Positions 57,045 through 64,000 of a stretch of DNA of 64,000 bases are shown here, one piece after another. The position numbers and the translations under genes are program-made. This DNA is from a virus (taxonomy: Duplodnaviria; Caudoviricetes): IMG/VR virus record IMGVR_UViG_3300030433_002269, positions 18,715 to 82,714 of that record. One strand, written 5' to 3'. Below the pieces are notes generated by a model that was not told the origin of the DNA, did not search any database, and saw only the letters and a program-made list of their open reading frames with translations. How positions within the stretch are numbered: the first letter of the stretch is position 1; every line of letters starts with the position of its first letter.

Positions 57045-57236
57045 ATGGAAGCCAATCTACAGTATATTTGGTACATCGCATTAGCAGTTTGGGCAACTAC
57101 CTTTGGGATGCTTTGGTGGTGGGCTACTTCAGAGTTCCCCGACTCGCAAAGTGACGAGCCCTATTCTTGTGGGGGTCCTCGGCAACCATGCTTCCGTCTT
57201 TTGTGTGAGACATGTCGGGACCACCTTGACCCATGA
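57045..57236 (+). CDS. Possible small membrane protein (63 aa)
   Basis: Trp-rich TM; TATAACTATA about 20-25 nt upstream; 3' part overlaps the opposite gene. Confidence 0.4.
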   Translation: MEANLQYIWYIALAVWATTFGMLWWWATSEFPDSQSDEPYSCGGPRQPCFRLLCETCRDHLDP

Positions 57237-58071
57237 TACCACGCTTACGGCGCTCACGGGCTAACTCCCTGCGATACTTTTTGCGCTTAGGTGACGACTC
57301 ATACTTGGTATTGTAAGCATTCTTGTGGGCTATAGCCTCAGGACTAGTAGCCTCTTTGAGCATACGCCAAGCAAGGTCCATTGGTTCACCCGCCTGTATC
57401 ATGTCAGGCTGTTGTATAGGTGGTGGCAACATACTCGCTACTTGCTGCTGCTCTTGCATTGAAGGATAATAACCAAATTGGTCTGCCCTTATTTGACTAT
57501 ACATATCACCAGTATCAGGGCGTTCCGCTAAATATGAATTTACACCGGGTTGACTCGATTGGTCTGCTTGATGTGCCCCATACTCATGAGCATAGGACTT
57601 AGCCTGTTCTCTTAATGCTAATCTTTCTTTATCAGCGTCAATTTCAGATTGATTAAGAATAGGTCGTTTTTGAAAACGATTCCTCCTCCTTCCCGAAGGT
57701 TGTTCCCTCGGCTGCGATTCGCCAAAGACTGGGGCCATTAATTGAGGCGAGCCAAATTTTTCAGTTGCGAAATCTTCCATTTCGCCTTCAATCAAACTAT
57801 GTACATGCTCGTGTGCAAGAGTGTCTGCTAAATCTTGTACAGATTCATCACTGTCATCTGTATCTCTTCCGACCCTAGCCCCAACAAAAGAGCCATCGGG
57901 TTGAAGCCGTGGGAAAGAGCCGCCTTTTGTGTAGGGAGAGCGTATATTTCTAAAATGGCTTAGTGCATCTTCTGAATCCTCGCCGGGTGTTGTGAAGAAA
58001 CCCCTAGAACTATCATTATCATCTATGTAGAAATCTTTCAACAAAAGCCAAGCAGACTCAAACGGCGACAT
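57124..58071 (-). CDS. Two-part protein: zincin-like metallopeptidase plus basic HNH-like tail, each preceded by the AWxxLK motif (315 aa)
   Basis: LAHEHVH (HExxH) and YAHEYGAH; SPFESAWLLLK and GEPMDLAWRMLK; DMSH..NRAR tail. Confidence 0.65.
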   Translation of the reverse strand: MSPFESAWLLLKDFYIDDNDSSRGFFTTPGEDSEDALSHFRNIRSPYTKGGSFPRLQPDGSFVGARVGRDTDDSDESVQDLADTLAHEHVHSLIEGEMEDFATEKFGSPQLMAPVFGESQPREQPSGRRRNRFQKRPILNQSEIDADKERLALREQAKSYAHEYGAHQADQSSQPGVNSYLAERPDTGDMYSQIRADQFGYYPSMQEQQQVASMLPPPIQQPDMIQAGEPMDLAWRMLKEATSPEAIAHKNAYNTKYESSPKRKKYRRELARERRKRGIMGQGGPDMSHTKDGSMVAEDPHKNRARHFASRGTLK

Positions 58072-58107
58072 CTACTCACCTGTCCACGCTGCTTCAAGAG
58101 GATTCAT
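58072..58107 (-). CDS. 11-codon mini-ORF MNPLEAAWTGE (motif-only peptide or gene relic)
   Basis: ATGA overlap with the upstream stop; TAG directly abuts ATG 58071; contains the GGTGA SD. Confidence 0.45.
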   Translation of the reverse strand: MNPLEAAWTGE

Positions 58108-58304
58108 CCTTCATACACCACCACGACAATGAACATACCACGACAATTCTCCATGTGAACTGCCCTAACTTTACTGCCATCTCCGCCGCCACCTCCAGTG
58201 AGTGCTCTCAATTTTGTTTGTAAGTCACCGGCGAGGTCGTGACCAGTTGAGCCTAAAAAGTCAGCAGGTGCGTATTCATACTTTACTACATGTAAGTCGC
58301 CCAT
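58104..58304 (-). CDS. Small protein (66 aa), possible paralog of 32146-32301
   Basis: KYEYAPAD..RGMFIVVVVY vs VFEFAPAE..RGLSVYTVF. Confidence 0.55.
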   Translation of the reverse strand: MGDLHVVKYEYAPADFLGSTGHDLAGDLQTKLRALTGGGGGDGSKVRAVHMENCRGMFIVVVVYEG

Positions 58305-58323
58305 TAACAGTTCCACCTCTTCA

Positions 58324-58908
58324 TTACCACTTCACCTTATCTGCCCAGTATGCTGCGCTCATTGGACCGCGCTTAATATTCTTAGCATGGCGGGCCTTAA
58401 ACGATGCACGCTTCTTTGCTCTCTTACCTTTTGGATTATCTTCGGTTACAGTATCTGCACCTTGTTCACCGAATCGAATTGTCTTGACTTTACCACCTGA
58501 CCTCGCTACAACCACATGGGATTTCTTAGGGTGATTGGGAGTACGCTTTGGCTTGTTGTAGCCAGATACACCAGCACGAGCAAGCCTTGGGTCCTTTTCT
58601 TTCTTCAGCAAGAGCCAAGCGTCTTCAAACGGGTCACCACTCTTAACGACAGTAGGCTTACCACCCACTCCTTGCTTCTTTGAGCGCTTCCTCTTAGTAG
58701 CCGCTCTCTTTTGACCACTGGTCATTTCACCACTGGTCTTAGGTGTTTTACTACTTACTCGCACACTAGGTCTACACTTGGGGTAACCTTTGCTAGATGT
58801 CTTTGCCTTGGACCTACCACAAGGTGGATGCTTACCATCCTTATCTTTACGAGAAACATCAACCCACTTTTCTTTGAACCAACGGTTCAAATTTTTCTGC
58901 ACCGTCAT
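58324..58908 (-). CDS. Highly basic two-domain protein split by GDPFEDAWLLLK (194 aa)
   Basis: RWFKEKWVDVS..CGRS..YPKCRP and KSHVVVA..IRFGEQGA..SFKARH..SAAYWADKVKW, both common in marine phages. Confidence 0.75.
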   Translation of the reverse strand: MTVQKNLNRWFKEKWVDVSRKDKDGKHPPCGRSKAKTSSKGYPKCRPSVRVSSKTPKTSGEMTSGQKRAATKRKRSKKQGVGGKPTVVKSGDPFEDAWLLLKKEKDPRLARAGVSGYNKPKRTPNHPKKSHVVVARSGGKVKTIRFGEQGADTVTEDNPKGKRAKKRASFKARHAKNIKRGPMSAAYWADKVKW

Positions 58909-59225
58909 TTCTTCTTCCCCTTTTTACCTCGGAACTTACCCTTGCAGTATTGCACTGCCCAACCATTTGCGTAGGCTGAAGGGTAAACCTTGAATTTGCG
59001 CTTGGCCGCAGCCTTGCCTTCAGGGCATAATTTCTTAGCAACATTCTCAGGAACCACTAGGATTTCGCCCTTCATCATACGGAATGCGATGTCCATTGGT
59101 TCGCCCATTGTGAACATAGAGTCCTTGTCACCAGAGTCGTCAATATTGTAATGCATCCTGTCTATGTGGTTACCTAGTTGCACAGGATGTGCGAACTGAG
59201 CACCGCATATATCGCAGGTCGGCAT
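58905..59225 (-). CDS. C2H2 zinc finger plus motif plus basic YPSAYANGW domain (106 aa)
   Basis: CDIC..LGNHIDRMH; GEPMDIAFRMMK; KFKVYPSAYANGWAVQYCKG. Confidence 0.7.
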   Translation of the reverse strand: MPTCDICGAQFAHPVQLGNHIDRMHYNIDDSGDKDSMFTMGEPMDIAFRMMKGEILVVPENVAKKLCPEGKAAAKRKFKVYPSAYANGWAVQYCKGKFRGKKGKKK

Positions 59226-59385
59226 GGCCTATGCACTAAGGCCGCTGATAATAAAAGTGGCCCTTACCCCGAGAAAGGAAATACTAGTTAGAAAAAATAG
59301 CGACAACAAACAAGTTATTAGGGTTGGGGTAGGGTAAGAACCGATTCACCCCTTTTCGTCGTTTCTATAAGAACATTTCCCTAAA

Positions 59386-59529
59386 TCAGTCCTCTGCCAT
59401 CCACATATCATCACATTTCTGACAAAGCCATGCGTGACCCCTGTGGACTCCACCGACTTTAATGTACAATCTCTTGGTAGGATGTGCCCCACAACTAGGG
59501 CAAACCGGGCTTGCTTTGCGACCATTCAC
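59386..59529 (-). CDS. Zinc-ribbon microprotein missing from the ORF track (47 aa)
   Basis: Hand translation MNGRKASPVCPSCG..WLCQKCDDMWMAED; GTGA overlap. Confidence 0.6.
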   Translation of the reverse strand: MNGRKASPVCPSCGAHPTKRLYIKVGGVHRGHAWLCQKCDDMWMAED

Positions 59530-59687
59530 AATTCTTCCTCCTTATCCATGATGTATCTTCCCATCACACTAACCTTGAACTCAAGTTTTCTGAGTTTTTT
59601 GTTTAGTTCCTCAACCTGCTTGACATAAGACCAGACAAGTCCACCTGCCAAAACCAAGATGATGAACCAAACAAGACCTAGGCTCAT
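59526..59687 (-). CDS. Single-TM plus coiled-coil microprotein missing from the ORF track (53 aa)
   Basis: Hand translation MSLGLVWFIILVLAGGLVWSYVKQVEELNKKLRKLE; TTTTAA about 25 nt upstream. Confidence 0.65.
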   Translation of the reverse strand: MSLGLVWFIILVLAGGLVWSYVKQVEELNKKLRKLEFKVSVMGRYIMDKEEEL

Positions 59688-59701
59688 GTTAGTGCGATAG
59701 G

Positions 59702-59716
59702 TTTGTGACCCTTAAA
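59702..59716. promoter_or_regulatory. Putative operator TTTGTGACCCTTAAA overlapping a TATA box
   Basis: 13/15 match to 62662-62676. Confidence 0.4.
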
Positions 59717-59721
59717 ATTAA

Positions 59722-60027
59722 TCATCGCTGTGGTCGTATTTGGTCTAATACAGAAATCTCTTCTGGAGTTAAACCACCAAATCGGGCACGATGATACATG
59801 TTCATCCCTCTTGTTACTGGGTCTGCTGACGCTTTAGGAGGAAGCGGTGGTACTTGCATCATACCTTCCTGTATCTCCTCTTCGCTCAAATCTGATAATC
59901 TACCAGTGCTCGAAACAAGGCCCATAGGATTAGGAGGCTGAGAAGGAGCAGGGGTAGCCTGCATTTGTGAAAACGAAGGTAAAGATTGCTTCAACACAGT
60001 CCAAGCCTGCTCAAATGGACTCAACAT
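59722..60027 (-). CDS. Hypothetical protein with N-terminal SPFEQAWTVLK motif (101 aa)
   Basis: Motif at residues 3-13. Confidence 0.7.
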   Translation of the reverse strand: MLSPFEQAWTVLKQSLPSFSQMQATPAPSQPPNPMGLVSSTGRLSDLSEEEIQEGMMQVPPLPPKASADPVTRGMNMYHRARFGGLTPEEISVLDQIRPQR

Positions 60028-60029
60028 GA

Positions 60030-60878
60030 TTAAGCGGATAGGGTTTGGGCTAAAGAAGGTTCTGCTATCTTCAAAGCAATGCGCTTGGCGTTGGCAAGGT
60101 CATCTATAGACACGCCACAGTCGTAGCCCCTAGCGGTCAACCAGTTGACCAGTGTCTCGGTTGCCAAGTTACCGGGACTCCCCTCTACAAACGGACAGCC
60201 TCCTAATCCGGCAATGCTAGCATCGAATTCAGTAATTCCACACTCGATACCCTTGCGAACCAGCGAAAGCGCAGCCAACTCACGCTCAGCACGGTGATGA
60301 AGATGAAGTGCGGGGCGAAGCCCAAACTTCTCACAGATACCAGCACCAACCTCAACCTCATGCTCAGTGCCCACTCCGACAGTATCTGACAACACCACAG
60401 TGTCACCAAACAGTTTCGCAGCCTGAATAGCCTTGACACGCTTACCCATAGGGATGTCACCCTCGTAAGGACAGCCGAAGTAGCACGATATATAGACACG
60501 GACATTAGCCTTCGGCACACCTTCAAGCATGAACATGTAGCGAGCCAAAGCCTCATTGAGTTCACAACCAAGGTTTCTTCTGTTGAATTCCTCAGATGGC
60601 GAGAATACTATATTGAAGTGAGTGACCCCTGACTTAAGCGCCCGGTCCATCCCACGCTGATTCATAACGAGTGCAGCCCCCTGTCCGTCAAAAACCCGCT
60701 CGGCATCTGCCATCTGGGGAACATAAAGGGGATGAGCGAAACTCACAGTTTCTATAGAGTTGAGGCCTGCGCTCCTAAGTGCATCGATTAGTGCCCGCTT
60801 CATACGAGTGGGTACAAGTTTCTTGATTGTCTGTAATCCGTCACGAGGGCCGACTTCGTAGATTGAAATCTTCTTCAT
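60030..60878 (-). CDS. hmgL: Hydroxymethylglutaryl-CoA lyase (DRE-TIM)
   Basis: YEVGPRDGLQ, ETVSF..VPQMAD, LSDTVG, LHLH, FDASIAGLGGCPF..GNLATE; SD GGTGA before ATG 60878. Confidence 0.9.
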   Translation of the reverse strand: MKKISIYEVGPRDGLQTIKKLVPTRMKRALIDALRSAGLNSIETVSFAHPLYVPQMADAERVFDGQGAALVMNQRGMDRALKSGVTHFNIVFSPSEEFNRRNLGCELNEALARYMFMLEGVPKANVRVYISCYFGCPYEGDIPMGKRVKAIQAAKLFGDTVVLSDTVGVGTEHEVEVGAGICEKFGLRPALHLHHRAERELAALSLVRKGIECGITEFDASIAGLGGCPFVEGSPGNLATETLVNWLTARGYDCGVSIDDLANAKRIALKIAEPSLAQTLSA

Positions 60879-60893
60879 CGCCCTCACCAACAC

Positions 60894-61055
60894 TCACTCG
60901 AGGAAAAACAGTATCTTTGTTATCCTACGCCAAGCCTGCTGCCTAGCGGTCAACTTCTCTCCAGTCACAAATTCAATGCCCGTTTCTTTTTCGACACGGT
61001 CTAGTCTAGCAGATTGATAATCAAACCATTCGTCGAGTAAATTACACCGCGTCAT
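60894..61055 (-). CDS. Small protein missing from the ORF track (53 aa, MTRCNLLDEWF...)
   Basis: Hand translation; AT-rich box about 25 nt upstream; abuts the hmgL SD. Confidence 0.55.
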   Translation of the reverse strand: MTRCNLLDEWFDYQSARLDRVEKETGIEFVTGEKLTARQQAWRRITKILFFLE

Positions 61056-61140
61056 GTTGACTCCGAAAGTCGTCTAAGAGTTAAATTTTACTGCTCAAAC
61101 TCCCCTAAATTGATAATAATTGGCGGTTCTTGCTTGGGCC

Positions 61141-61155
61141 AGTATAGTGTCACAA
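61141..61155 (-). promoter_or_regulatory. Putative operator TTTGTGACACTATAC(T)
   Basis: 14-bp exact match to 55477-55490; intergenic. Confidence 0.45.
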
Positions 61156-61234
61156 AAAATGAAATCAAACCTAGTATGACGCATAACACCCAAAGTGGCA
61201 AGCCTGTCACTTCAACGGGGTCAGGGAGCATACA

Positions 61235-61999
61235 TCACATCAGGTCCATGACATTGCCACCGTACATCGAAGGTACTGGCTGAGAGCGGTCAACATAAGG
61301 CATCTGATTAGCCAAAGCAGTCTGGTACGAACCAGAGTTAGCATTAGTCATTATAGCAGCAAGTGCATCTGCCGGGAGATAAGCAGTCTCATCGCTATCA
61401 ATAATTGAGTCATACTCTCCACCATGCATCAGTTCGGTAAGCGCCCCTTGCTGAAGAGCGGGAAGCACTTTGTCATGCAAATCTAACTGGTATTGTGGAG
61501 AGCGTATGTCAGGTCTCTGTGTTTCTACAGGCAGTCCCATAGTCGAAGCCGTGTTGTAAAGTCGCATCTCGTTACCCGGAACAGGCCGACGACCACCTAA
61601 CATACCAGCCGCCGCCATACTACCGGGACCAGTAAAGTCAGCAGCGTGACCAGAAACAGGCTCTCTGTCGTGATACATTGTGCCATCTGCATCTACCGTG
61701 TGGTCACCACCATGAAGAGAGGCATCCATACCACGCAAATCCATGTCGCCCATTGCCGAAGCCAACTGTTCTAAAGAAGGCTTGGAATGTTCTGCCCCTG
61801 CTAACCCCATGTTACGAAGCATCTGCCTGTAAGCCATACCTTGAACGGCTGGATGAACCGCACCTAACTGCGTGTTTTTCATTTCAGGCTCAGATAAATT
61901 CATCCTACCCCTATGCTGAGAATAAGGTAAAAACATCTGCGTCCTAGGGTCAGCCTTCAAAAATTGCCAAGCAGCGTCTATTGGTCTCATGGTCATCAC
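61235..61999 (-). CDS. Hypothetical protein with N-terminal RPIDAAWQFLK motif (254 aa)
   Basis: Motif at the N-terminus; overlaps the upstream stop. Confidence 0.75.
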   Translation of the reverse strand: MMTMRPIDAAWQFLKADPRTQMFLPYSQHRGRMNLSEPEMKNTQLGAVHPAVQGMAYRQMLRNMGLAGAEHSKPSLEQLASAMGDMDLRGMDASLHGGDHTVDADGTMYHDREPVSGHAADFTGPGSMAAAGMLGGRRPVPGNEMRLYNTASTMGLPVETQRPDIRSPQYQLDLHDKVLPALQQGALTELMHGGEYDSIIDSDETAYLPADALAAIMTNANSGSYQTALANQMPYVDRSQPVPSMYGGNVMDLM

Positions 62000-62424
62000 T
62001 GCTGCACAAACTGATTAATCTGTTGTGGGTCTAACTGCCCCATACCCTCATAGTTAAACATGTCATTAGGTAAACCTAACTGATTTGAAAGATGAGTGTT
62101 AACCGCCTGATTAGTGTAGTTTGAAACATCAATGCCTCCTGTGTCAGGAACCATAGTTCTCATCGCCATCGGCTGAGCAATGCTAGGGTCTTTACTTGGA
62201 GGATTCAGATTTCTTTTGTCACCATACTGGTTTGCGTAGTGAGCCCCTCCAAACGCTTCAGGTCTATCCCTCATGAGTTTATGCTGAGTAGCAATATCTG
62301 CCTGATTGAAAAGTTCAGCGTTTTTTCGACCTCTGTCAAAATAACCCGGTGCTGGCATAGATTGCATAGGCCTCTCTGCCATCATGTCTTTCAATATCTG
62401 CCAAGCCTGCTCAAAAGGTCCCAT
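61996..62424 (-). CDS. Hypothetical protein with N-terminal GPFEQAWQILK motif (142 aa)
   Basis: Motif at residues 2-12. Confidence 0.75.
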   Translation of the reverse strand: MGPFEQAWQILKDMMAERPMQSMPAPGYFDRGRKNAELFNQADIATQHKLMRDRPEAFGGAHYANQYGDKRNLNPPSKDPSIAQPMAMRTMVPDTGGIDVSNYTNQAVNTHLSNQLGLPNDMFNYEGMGQLDPQQINQFVQQ

Positions 62425-62458
62425 TAGATAACCGGAGGCTGTTCTAAGTAAAAAGCAT

Positions 62459-62626
62459 TTATTCTGTATCCAAAATATCCGCAGCCAAATCTAAAAGGAA
62501 AGTAACAGCATCATCACAACTAGAAAATTTCTGGTCACGCTTGAACTGACCAAGTCGCCACTTAGTCGCATGACGCATCGCTACACTTCCCCACTCTCGG
62601 TAATGGTCGTTACTCTTCCGGCTCAT
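62459..62626 (-). CDS. Ribbon-helix-helix-like DNA-binding protein (55 aa)
   Basis: WGSVAMRHATKWRLGQFK..SSCDDAVTFLLD fits strand-helix-helix; TATA 26 nt upstream. Confidence 0.5.
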   Translation of the reverse strand: MSRKSNDHYREWGSVAMRHATKWRLGQFKRDQKFSSCDDAVTFLLDLAADILDTE

Positions 62627-62647
62627 ATAGAACGCTACACGGCGCAC

Positions 62648-62657
62648 TTTTATAAAA
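62648..62657 (-). promoter_or_regulatory. TATA box TTTTATAAAA with A-rich BRE-like upstream
   Basis: Centred about 26 nt upstream of ATG 62626. Confidence 0.6.
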
Positions 62658-62661
62658 TTTT

Positions 62662-62676
62662 TTTGTGACCACTAAA
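62662..62676. promoter_or_regulatory. Putative operator TTTGTGACCACTAAA
   Basis: Imperfect dyad GTG-AC-CAC flanked by T/A tracts, adjacent to the TATA box. Confidence 0.45.
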
Positions 62677-62724
62677 GTCAGTTTACGAAAATTTTTGTCG
62701 AGCGCTGTATGGGGTTAAGAGAGC

Positions 62725-62781
62725 GCAAATTCGGCTGCAAATTCCATTCCTCCGCCTAACGGGGGTCTGCAAATTCGGCTG
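62725..62781 (+). repeat. Short direct repeats GCAAATTCGGCTG x2 plus GCAAATTC at the strand switch
   Basis: 62725-62737, 62769-62781 and partial at 62737. Confidence 0.6.
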
Positions 62782-62841
62782 GTTATAAACCCCCTAGATA
62801 CGATACTTATGAGCCCTCTTCATGGATGGGGGGCGTAACCT

Positions 62842-63489
62842 ATGCGCATGTGTGCGCATGGGGAGCGGGGGCCGGTGGAGGCTGAATCCCACTACGCTAT
62901 GGGTCAATGGCCAGACCCAAGTGACATGGTGAGCAACATCGCAACCGCAGGGGAGACCCTAAACCGCGTGGACTGCGCTGCAGAATTACTGCTAGCGCAT
63001 TCTGAAAACCGAGCGACCATGCCGTTGCCTATGCGTCTAAACGCAAAGGAAGCAACGCACACATGGACAAGCAACAAGGACATGCACTACAGCAAGGCTG
63101 AAACCGTGCGTCTGTTCTTGCACAACGCTGTCGTGCGCATTGCTAATGGGCAGGCTGGTCACAAACTGAAAGCATTGCAAGCAGATGCCGCTAAACAGCA
63201 CGCTGAGACTGGATTCTCACACAGCGTAGTTGCAAGCATCTTGTCTACACCTGTAGGCAACTACAACGCATTGACTGCTTTCCTGTATGCTACTAAGGCG
63301 AACAGGAAGAAAAGCAAAGGCCAGCGCAGCCGTGCAAAAGCACCTGCGCCTAAGTCTAAGGCACGCAAGTCTAAGACCGTTGTAAAAGCGTCTGCTTCTG
63401 CACCAGACTACAACGCCATCTTCGCAGCCGCAAAGGAGCAAGATGTCAAAGTAGGCTTTGGCGCAGACGGTAGCGTCTACATGCTTTGA
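62842..63489 (+). CDS. Hypothetical protein with K/A/S-rich C-terminal region (start 62842 or 62899)
   Basis: Long ORF on the opposite strand after the switch; TTATAAA at about 62783. Confidence 0.65.
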   Translation: MRMCAHGERGPVEAESHYAMGQWPDPSDMVSNIATAGETLNRVDCAAELLLAHSENRATMPLPMRLNAKEATHTWTSNKDMHYSKAETVRLFLHNAVVRIANGQAGHKLKALQADAAKQHAETGFSHSVVASILSTPVGNYNALTAFLYATKANRKKSKGQRSRAKAPAPKSKARKSKTVVKASASAPDYNAIFAAAKEQDVKVGFGADGSVYML

Positions 63490-63490
63490 G

Positions 63491-63506
63491 CCTCGCTTTA
63501 GCGAGG
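63491..63506 (+). terminator. Hairpin CCTCGC-TTTA-GCGAGG just after the stop
   Basis: Perfect 6-bp GC stem. Confidence 0.4.
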
Positions 63507-63843
63507 AAATCTATACGCTTGGATAGAAAAACCATCCAGCGCACAGGCCAAAAAGTCCAGCACGGCAAAAGTCGTGAGGCCCTGCTTTCCAAAACGCAGG
63601 GAATCGTCAATCTTGGCATGAGGTATGGCGGCCTCAACCCATCTGTATGGGCGTATGCTTTCAATTGAAAACAAGCCTGCGCCCAACAGACTATGGATAT
63701 ACGAATGCCACAAAACGAGCCCGTTGTAGTTTGCCTCCCCCATTGTGGGGTAAGTGAATGCGCCACAAATGCCTGCCCTTGCAACAATAAGGGTTGACAG
63801 TAGAGAAGCGCGCCGCTTTAAAACAAGCCGCCGCTTCCTACAC

Positions 63844-63987
63844 ATGTCACAAAAGAAAGCGACAAAAAAGCAGCCTAGTGCTAAGAGCATCGAACACAAC
63901 ACCCCTGCGCCTGACATGACTTTAGGCGACTACGGATTTAACATGGTGATTGAGATTGTAAAAGCGATGCCTGAGCGAGAGGCGTGA
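63844..63987 (+). CDS. Small protein MSQKKATKKQ... (47 aa)
   Basis: TTTAAAA about 21-27 nt upstream, consistent with a leaderless start. Confidence 0.45.
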   Translation: MSQKKATKKQPSAKSIEHNTPAPDMTLGDYGFNMVIEIVKAMPEREA

Positions 63988-64000
63988 GTAGCCTAACCCA

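Larger units (their letters stand above)
1..64000. mobile_element. Fragment of an archaeal tailed virus genome (Caudoviricetes), probably a Poseidoniales/MGII magrovirus
   Basis: Terminase, portal, protease, HK97-type capsid and tail genes in canonical order; group II chaperonin; archaeal SD (GAGGTGA) and TATA signals; no host housekeeping genes or integrase seen. Host assignment is inferred from known magrovirus gene content. Confidence 0.85.

Noticed and set aside
59261-59335. G-rich GGGTTGGGGTAGGG as a G-quadruplex, or pairing with CCCTTACCCC
   Set aside because: Only three G-runs and an imperfect complement; no further support.
63446-63917. Minus-strand ORFs of 113 and 139 aa
   Set aside because: No initiation signals, atypical composition, overlap plausible plus-strand genes.
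1-64000. tRNA, rRNA, CRISPR array, integrase or DGR
   Set aside because: No cloverleaf, regularly spaced repeats, recombinase or reverse-transcriptase motifs seen by eye; a covariance search would be needed to exclude tRNAs fully.

Overview
The window is a 64-kb piece of a head-tailed archaeal virus genome, most plausibly a magrovirus infecting Marine Group II/Poseidoniales (inference). Support: a group II chaperonin, archaeal GGTGA/GAGGTGA ribosome-binding sites, TATA boxes about 25 nt before leaderless ATGs, and an HK97-type head module. Nearly all of 163-62626 is one minus-strand late region. Read right to left it holds: accessory and putative internal head proteins plus an HMG-CoA lyase; a membrane-protein/small-GTPase operon; a probable small terminase; large terminase; a degenerate LAGLIDADG protein; portal; a 1889-aa protein with a degenerate DNA-ligase domain; protease-scaffold; major capsid; head-tail adaptor; tail terminator; tail tube; chaperones; a very short tape-measure-like ORF; two paralogous tail proteins; a 5227-aa giant protein; and distal tail genes. 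Most striking signals: (1) a P[FMIL][ED]xAWxxLK peptide recurring 10 times in 8 otherwise unrelated proteins plus a motif-only mini-ORF, resembling a capsid-targeting/cleavage tag; (2) a viral small GTPase in a membrane-protein operon, a candidate egress or membrane-remodelling system; (3) apparently inactivated ligase and LAGLIDADG folds in the head module; (4) a viral HMG-CoA lyase; (5) a GTG-N2-CAC-like operator at five promoter regions next to an RHH-like gene. All calls come from motifs read by eye; no searches were run.
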